From: Eledone cirrhosa
Taxonomy: Eukaryota
Direction of reading: 5' to 3'
DNA: 64,000 bases
Assembly: GCA_964016885.1 (NCBI GenBank)
Contig: OZ024762.1
Span: 1,054,001-1,118,000, forward strand
In this document: positions 25,729 to 35,255 of the stretch, piece by piece
How positions within the stretch are numbered: position 1 is the stretch's first letter
Layout: every line of letters begins with the position of its first letter
Notes under the pieces: generated by a model
The model's database searches: none
Seen by the model: only the letters and a program-made list of their open reading frames with translations
What the model was told of the DNA's origin: nothing
Program-made: the position numbers and the translations under genes

Positions 25729-25781
<53 letters not shown>

Positions 25782-25843
25782 TTGCTCTTGTGTTGGGATG
25801 TAAACAGAACTGAAGACACTAATGTTTCTGGATGATTACTCTT

Positions 25844-25901
<58 letters not shown>

Positions 25902-26113
25902 GTTAAAATACTGGAGCGTGTTGGAGTAAAACACCCTCTTCGTATTGTAGAAATGACAGTAAAAGGTATAGCTCAATGTAATTAAACAGAGCCGAAGAAT
26001 TATGAAAGTAAAACAAAGAAGCCTTCAATACATCAAAATTCTTTATTAGCCAACAATGTTTCGTCCTATTAAGGACTCATCAGGGCAAATAAAACAACAA
26101 GAAGTATTATCGG

Positions 26114-26158
<45 letters not shown>

Positions 26159-27556
26159 TTATTAAAATAACAGATTAAAGTTTAAGCAAAGAATCGCTGC
26201 TTTCACCCTTAACGGGATCTTATATATGTAATAAGCAATAAGGTAAAGTTAGCAATACATACCAATTCAATTCTATTCTGCTTGTTGGTCTCAGCCAGAG
26301 TGGAGGAAACAAAAGTTGACCATTTATTTCTGTATTCTTCTGGAATCTCTGCAATACAAAATAACATTTGTTAGTGTCTGTGTGTCTGTATGTGTACATG
26401 CATGCCTTTTTGTGTGTATATGTATGTGTGTGCGTGTATATCTGTATGTATGTATGGTATGGTCCCATAACTCCTGATAGAGCTGTAGGGTGCTGTATTG
26501 ACATACAGCGTTTCTTGGGTATTTTAATCCTGGTGGACCCCCATCCCTCCCCAGGCCTGACCTGGTGGACCCCCATCCCTCCCCAGGCCTGACCTGGTAG
26601 ACCCCCATCCCTCTCCAGGCCTGAGTACAGCAGATTTCTTCCAGAGAAAGACAGAAAGTGAGAGAGAGGAAACGAAAAAGAGATATAGAGGAAGAATCGA
26701 CCCCAGTACTCGACTGGTACTTTTTTTTATTGACCTCGAAAGGATGAAAGGCAAAGTTGACCTCGGCAGGATTTGAACTCAGAGAGCAGAGAACCGGAAC
26801 ATATACCATAAAGTATTCTATCTGACGTTCTAATGACTGCCAATTCACCACCTATTCATGTGTATATATATGTATGTATAAAACAATATAATAAAGATAT
26901 TTACCTTTTAAGTATTCTTTAACTAGTTCACTGTTCTCTCCTTTTTCTATACATTCAGTGATGTGGTTGGCTATCTTAGTTAAATGTCCCATGTAACCTC
27001 GACGTCGACCACCGATCCGATGTCTGAAAAGTAATGACCAGAAACATTATATTTACACTGTCTTTTCTGTGGTGTGCATCCAGCTTGGAGTAATTCATAT
27101 TGAAAGGAAAATAAAATGGAATGACATTTACAGCTCACACTTACCGTATATACTAGAACATAAGCCGACCCCCACTATGTTATGTCTGGGAAATGGACAA
27201 TATTAGCCCCCAATATAAGCCGACCCCACTATGTTATGTCTGGGGGAAATGGACAATATTAGCCCCCAATATAAGCCGACCCCACTATGTTATGTCTGGG
27301 AAATGCGCAATATTGACCCCGAATATTAGCTGATACTTACTCATATTGGTCGTTTTCTTCCCAAGAATCAAGAATTCTCTGTATCAAATTACATCTAATA
27401 AATATCTGAATAGAAAGAAACAAAAAAATGAGGATCATATACACAACACATTGGTGTGTATATATATATATATATACAACACACTGGTGTATATATACAA
27501 CAGTACATGACAATCTGTTTAAACCATGCAGGCATGGAAAATAAATGCTAGAACAG

Positions 27557-27600
<44 letters not shown>

Positions 27601-30600
27601 GTGTTGGTTAAAAAGCCCTAAGTCCACTTACTTGTTCTAGAAGGGGGTGTTCCTTTCGGTTATCAATTTCTGTCGGTACATTGGTAAGTATGAAATATAT
27701 ACATTGCTCTACTTGACTATGTAAGAAATTGTTCCATATATACTTGAAATATAAATCCTGCAACAACAAGATGAAGATGCCAAGGTTAGCTTTGCTTTTC
27801 GTCTGTACCGGGGTGGATAAAATAAAGTACCGGTAATGCACTGAGGGTGGATAAAATAAAGTACCGGTAATGTACTGGGGTGGATAAAATAAAGTACCGG
27901 TAATGCACTGGGGTGGATAAAATAAAGTACCGGTAATGTACTGGGGTGGATAAAATAAAGTACCGGTAATGTACTGGGAGTGGATTAAATAAAGTATCGG
28001 TAATGTACTGGGAGTGGATTAAATAAAGTATCGGTAATGCACTGGGGGTGGATAAAATAAAGTACCGGTAATGTACTGGGGGTGGATAAAATAAAGTACC
28101 GGTAATGTACTGGGGGTGGATAAAATAAAGTACCGGTAATGTACTGGGGGTGGATAAAATAAAGTACCGGTAATGTACTGGGGGTGGATAAAATAAAGTA
28201 CCAGTAATGCACTGGGGCTGATTTAATCAACATTCCCCCTCCCCCCAAATTCCTGGCCTTGTGCCTATATAAGAAACCATTATTATTATTATTATTTATA
28301 TTTTTTACACGTTATATATGTACCCCTGCCCCCATTGTCCCCGTCTATTGTATTGTCCCCTATAGGTAGACCGTTGTGGCCAATAAAGAAATTATTATTA
28401 TCATCATCAGTACTCAAGAAATAGTGACAACAAAAGAAAGAGATGCTACTAATATTACTACTACTACTAAAGAAAAGCAATACCTACCAACATTACACCA
28501 ATGGTCCCAGAATTTGCCAATTCCACGTTGACCTCATGAGAATTGGTTTGAATTAAAGCAGTGATCAATTTGGTAATCTGTAATCTAGTATTTCCCAAAG
28601 GTGGTTCAAGAATACCAATGGTTGTTGGCATAGCACAGTACCGGGGCTGAAGATAGAATAAATAGCAATGGTTGTTGGCATAGAAATAGGGCTGAAGTAA
28701 GAAGATAGAATAAATAGCAATGGTTGTGCATGAGGGGGAATATCAGGTGTAGTGTGAGTGAATTTCAGGAAGCATGGAAGTTTTAAAGGATGCAGTGCCT
28801 CGACAATGATGGCGGTAGAGTACGGTTTATCATTTACCAATGACTTTTTACACCTGAGATGAATCTAACGAGCTTCAGTAAGACTTACCTTAGGTGGATT
28901 TAATAAAAGAGAATGGAAGTCCTTGATTCTGGGAGTTATAGCATAAAGAACGTGGTTGACACCCTGTGATAGATGCTCCATATCTAAACCAGATCGCTGG
29001 TCTACTTCACCTTCATATCTACAATACATTGGAATAGAATTGGTTATAAAATAGTACAGGTTACATGAGGCGTCAAATACAGAATAATGGTTACTACTAT
29101 AGGCACAAGGCCAGCAATTTGAAACAAGGAAATCAATTTCCCCCAATGTATTACTGGTACTATATTTTATCAACTCCTTCGTAAGGATAAAAGACAACAT
29201 TGATATCAGTGAGATTGGAATCTCTACCGATTCTACTGCCAGTCTATCACCATCTCTGGCAGATAATATAATAATGGCACAAGACCAGCAGTTTAGGGGA
29301 GGAGAAAGTTGATTAAATCAACCCCAGTGTGTGACTGGTACTTTTATTTTATCGACCATTTTATCGGTACTTTATTTTATCGACCATTGCTCATATGGAT
29401 CTGTATTTTGGCTTTGTTTCTACAGCCGTGTTAATATATGGACTGGGTGTTTTTATCGTGGCACCGAAACAACCATTTTACAGGGTGAACTGGGGGATTG
29501 TATATGTCTCAAGCCCGGAAGATCAACAGGCCGGTGCTTATCCTGGTTTCCTTGGTGTTAAGCAACTGAGAGGTTAAGACTCTCCCTGGACAGGAAGCCA
29601 GTCTATCTCAGGATTAACTTCCCAGCTACTGCTACTAACTCAACTGAATATACTGAAGCAACATGAAATGAAGTGTTTTTCTCAAAAACACAACACAACA
29701 CACATCCCAGTCAAAGAACCAAACTCACGATATTATGAGCAGAAGTTCAACGCCCTTACCACTATTCAATGGTAGACTCCTAGCTGGACATGACACCAGG
29801 CCATCACAGGGTTAAACCCCCAGCTATTGCTGGTACTAATTTCCAGCTGAGTATACTGGAGCAACCTGAAATGAAGTGTTTTGCTCCACAACACACAACC
29901 CAGCCCAGGAATTAAACCCGCAACATTATAATCATAAGTCCAACACCCTCACCACTGGGCCACACTAGACTCCACACCACACACAACCCAGCCCAGGAAT
30001 TAAACCCGCAACATTATAATCATAAGTCCAACACCCTCACCACTGGGCCACACTAGACTCCACACTACACACAACCCAGCCCAGGAATCAAACCCACAAC
30101 ATTATAATCATAAGTCCAACACCCTCACCACTGGGCCACACTAGACTCCACACCACACACAACCCAGCCCAGGAATCAAACCCGCAACATTATAATCATA
30201 AGTCCAACACCCTTACACAAGGTCACACTAGACTCACCCATAAAACACAACATGGCAGAAAGGTTTAGAAGTTCACTTTACAATAAATCAATAAAAAGTG
30301 TTGTTAATTACAGTTTTTTGATATCCAGCAATATCTGTATAACGAGAAGACCATTAACGATGACTGATTCATTCTTTTCCCCATCCAGTATGTTGTACAA
30401 CAGACGGCAGATTACTGTTTCACTGCAAATATAACATATTGTCACAAATCTATTAGAGACACCTGTAGCTGATTGATATTAATTAGACATTGATACATCA
30501 TAGCTTATTGATTTTGATTAGGTATTGATACATCGTAGCTGATTGATATTGATTGGGTATTGATAAATCATCAATGTTAATGGAGGTAAATATTGGAAAT

Positions 30601-31493
30601 TTACATGTCAAAATTAATGGCGAGTAAAATGGTGATTTATGTCAAAGTTAGTGGGAAACAATGGTGAGTGATATGTCAAATTTAATGGGGAAATAATGGG
30701 TGATTTATATGTCAAAGTTAATGGGAAAACAATGGCAAGCTGTGTCAAATTTAATGAGGAAATAATGGTTCCTTTATATGTCAAAGTTAGTTGGAAAATA
30801 ATGGCGAGTGATGTCAGATTTAATTGGGAGATAACAGGTGATTTATGTCAAAGTTAATGGGGGAATAAGGGGCAATTTATATATGTGAAAGACAATAAGT
30901 GAAGCTATTAGAATTGAAAGAAATTGAAAGTGGTTGTGTAGATAACATGGCTGACTTGAGAAACTTGTCTCGGCTAAATTATCAAGTTTAACAAACTGAT
31001 TGATTATACGTACGATTCTAAAGTTGCGAGGAGGGGATAAGGTTGAGGACTCTCCTGAATCTGGGAAGGTTGTTCTCGACCTAATCGGACAATATCACAA
31101 AGAAACTGAGCAGCATTCGTATGAAACTGTAGGGGAAAAGAAGGAGAGAAAACAACAAATAATAAAAGATATATATTATGTGAAGAGTACCTAACAATAA
31201 ATAAAGGCTTAGGTTGGTTGGGGGTTAAATGCTATTTAGTCGGACAAAGGGTAGGGTCCTTAATCTTTACAAACCCTCCCCAAAATGGGTATTGGTGCCT
31301 ATAAACTGATCTTTTATAGAAAATATATCAATAACGAAAGGGATTTTGTAAAAGCAGCGGCTCTGAGAAAGAATTAGATGAAGTGTTTGATGGTGGGGTT
31401 GACACGAGGGGACACTTAGTAAATAGAAAAAGGATCACATACACTAAATACAAAAAAACACATGTGGAGAATGGACGGTAAACGGCGATGATG

Positions 31494-31529
<36 letters not shown>

Positions 31530-33762
31530 AAACACATACACACACAATATAAAAAACACAGTAAATACAAAATACACACACATTATATACAAGGAACACA
31601 CACACTATATACAATAAGGAACACACACACACAAACAGCAATGACAGAGAGACAAAAGGCAAAGGAGAGACAAGACACTGGATGAAGGAAGTTAACTCAC
31701 ATCTTCTTCAATTGATGGAACAACTTGATCTACGAGTCTTTCCACCAGTTGCTGTTCATTTAACCACTGAAATAGGACAGAAAACACGTTTGAAACACTG
31801 TTGTCAACTTTATTTAGGTTTGTCAAAGACAACATTAATGTGTCAACTTAATTTGGGTTGGTCAAAGATACTGTTCCTGTCAACTTCATTTAGGTTGGTC
31901 AAAGACATACCACACCTAAATTTAGGTTGATCAAAGACTCAACATTATTGGCAGTATCGGTAAAGGGTTGAACGCCATGCTTTCTAGCATAGTTACGTCC
32001 CATTACGGACTGAGTTCAAATCCCATCGAGGTTAACTTTGCTTTTCATCTTTCCGGGGGTCAATAAAATAAAGCACCCGTAATGTACTGGGTAATTGCTG
32101 GCCTTGTGCCAAAAGTAGAAACAATTATTACTGTCAATTTAATTTGGTTTCGTCAAAGACAATTAACATTGATCATGTCAATGTAATTTCAGTTTGTCAA
32201 AAATATTTAACTACTGTCAACTTAATTTGAGTTTGACAAAGACACAACTTGGTTCCCAACTTTGGGTATGACAAAGGTACAACACTGTTCCTGTCAATGT
32301 AATTTGGGTTTGTCAAAAAAACACATTATTGATGAAAACGTTATTTAGGCTAAGTTAGATTAGTGGCTCCCAAAGTGGGGTCCACAGAACCCACTGGTTC
32401 CACAAAGGAGTGTCTGGAGTTCCGTAGAATAAGGTAGAGGAGTATAGGTAAAATTCCATTATAACAAAATTTGTTTCAATCCCCGGGGTAATACACTCCA
32501 TTTGTTTCAATCCCCGGGGTAATACACTCCATTTGTTTCAATCCCCGGGGTAATACACTCCATTTGTTTCAATCCCCGGGGTAATACACTCCATTTGTTT
32601 CAATCCCCGGGGTAATACACTCCATTTGTTTCAATCCCCGAAGTAATACACTCCATTTGTTTCAATCCCCGGGGTAATACACTCCATTTGTTTCAATCCC
32701 CGGGGTAATACACTCCATTTGTTTCAATCCCCGGGATAATACACTCCATTTGTTTCAATCCCCGAGGTAATACACTCCATTTGTTTCAATCCCCGGGGTA
32801 ATACACTCCATTTGTTTCAATCCCCGGGATAATACACTCCATTTGTTTCAATCCCCGGGATAATACACTCCATTTGTTTCAATCCCCGAGGTAATACACT
32901 CCATTTGTTTCAATCCCCGAGGTAATACACTCCATTTGTTTCAATCCCCGAGATAATACACTCCATTTGTTTCAATCCCCGGGATAATACACTCCATTTG
33001 TTTCAATCCCCGAGGTAATACACTCCATTTGTTTCAATCCCCGGGGTAATACACTCCATTTGTTTCAATCCCCGGGGTAATACACTCCATTTGTTTCAAT
33101 CCCCGGGGTAATACACTCCATTTGTTTCAATCCCCGGGGTAATACACTCCATTTGTTTCAATCCCCGAGGTAATACACTCCATTTGTTTCAATCCCCGGG
33201 GTAATACACTCCATTTGTTTCAATCCCCGGGGTAATACACTCCATTTGTTTCAGTCCATCTTGTTATAAAGAATTTTTCGTTACAACAAATTTCTTTTTA
33301 TACCTCTTGAATTTCGTTATAACGGAATTTCACTGTATATTTATATTACGACCATATAACAGTATTAGACTTTGGGGTTCCCTAAAAATTTCTAAACACA
33401 CAAAGGGGTTCGACGTGTGAAAAAGTCAGAAATCCTGGGTTAGAAAAATGAAAGAAATATTGCAAGGAAAGACAAATGAAAGGTGAACACGTTACCTCTA
33501 TCATTTCATATTTTAGTTTTGTAGATTCTATACAGGTTATCAATCGTAACAGGAGATCCACCATCGCAGATGTACCAATGTGTGTCAATAAAGTTCCAAC
33601 AAAGTCGGATTTTGATTTCAAATATTTAAATATCTGCAGATAAAATAATAATAATAAAAATAAATAATCCCAAACTTGCTGAATTAGCTTGTAATATATT
33701 TGTAGAAAATGTATGTAGATATATATAGATACTGTATGTTTATTTGGAGAAAATGTATGTAC

Positions 33763-33812
<50 letters not shown>

Positions 33813-34823
33813 AATTCAGTGAGAATCGCATTTCGGCGGGTAGCGAAACGAAACTCAACATCAGAGTTATGCTGGCAAGCGCTCCATAGTTAAAAAACCA
33901 GAGCTAAACGTATGTTAAAACACCATACAAACTGAAAAAGTGGTCAAGAAGGCATTAACCACCTAAGTCAACGTCAAACCCATTCAGCCACGGTGTGTCC
34001 ACAGTTGAGAGAATTCACAGTAGGAGAGTCTTCAAAGAACAATACTTACCATTTCACTTTTTTTAACTGTCAAGAGACCCATCACTTTACTCACAAAGCT
34101 GGCCAATAAGGGGTTTAGTGGGCCCTTCATCTCCAAGAAACCATACAATTTGTTTATATAAACACTGTCTCCAGTGAGACAGTCATTGATCTGTGTGACA
34201 TCACATGTCAGAACTTCACAGCATGTGTTAGGGTATCTAGAGGACAGAGAAATGATAGACAATACCAATATTAATGATCAATAACTGATGATGGACAGAG
34301 AGTGGTTGGAAGGTAGGGGTGTAGAGATAGAGAGAGAGAGAGACAGAGAGAGAGGGGGGGGGGGGGGGTAAAGAGAGAGAGGTTGGAAAGTAGGGGTGTA
34401 AAGATAGAGAGAGAGAGGGGTGTAAAGATAGAGAGAGAGAGAGAGGGGGGTGTAAAGATGGAGTGTTACCTATAGCGTTGTTTCTCTTCAATATCTTCCG
34501 ATGGTTCTTGGGTGACCATGTTGATCATTTCCCTTAAGTTATCCGGACGGATAAGACTGAAATAGAATATCATCATCATCATCATCATCATATCACCATC
34601 ACATCATCATTAACATCATCCTCATCATATCATCACCTCTACCATCACCATCATCACAATAGTCACATCACATCATCATCATCATCATTGTTTAATGGAC
34701 ATCCCCCCCCCCACCCTGCATGGATTAGACAGATTTTCATGTTATGCTCATCATATGGATCTGTATTTTGGCCTGGTTTCTACGACAGGATTCCCTTCCT
34801 CACACCAACCATGATACAGGGTG

Positions 34824-34885
<62 letters not shown>

Positions 34886-35215
34886 GCAGAACACTGGAAG
34901 GTAATATCCGGAGTGGCAGAGCACTCAGTCCATAGGACGAGTTAGGTAGAAGTGGTTTTACACAACAATTAGTTCACCACAGCCTTCTTACATGGTGGAC
35001 TCACACACACACACACACACTCTCAGCCACACCTACTCACCCTAACTCTCCAATATCCTTTACTCATTAAACTGTACAACAACAACAATAACATTACTTA
35101 CAATTCAATGAGTTTTTTATGACTGGCTTTACATTCCTGCAGAATATCATCTTCATCAAGCAGTTCTTGTAGAGTAACATCCTGAAATAGAGAAACACAT
35201 TCTTACAATATACAG

Positions 35216-35255
<40 letters not shown>

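Noticed and set aside
30238-30275. Extra PPP6R exon ending at a gtgagt donor
   Set aside because: Would need an intron of about 36 nt and breaks phase; exon 8 joins exon 9 in frame without it
32470-33254. CRISPR-like repeat beginning GTTTCAATCCC
   Set aside because: Units are directly adjacent with no unique spacers, there are no cas genes, and it lies in a eukaryotic intron within a MITE
33820-33872. Additional hammerhead (minus strand CTGATGTT..CCGAAATGCGAT)
   Set aside because: Core and stems too degenerate to support
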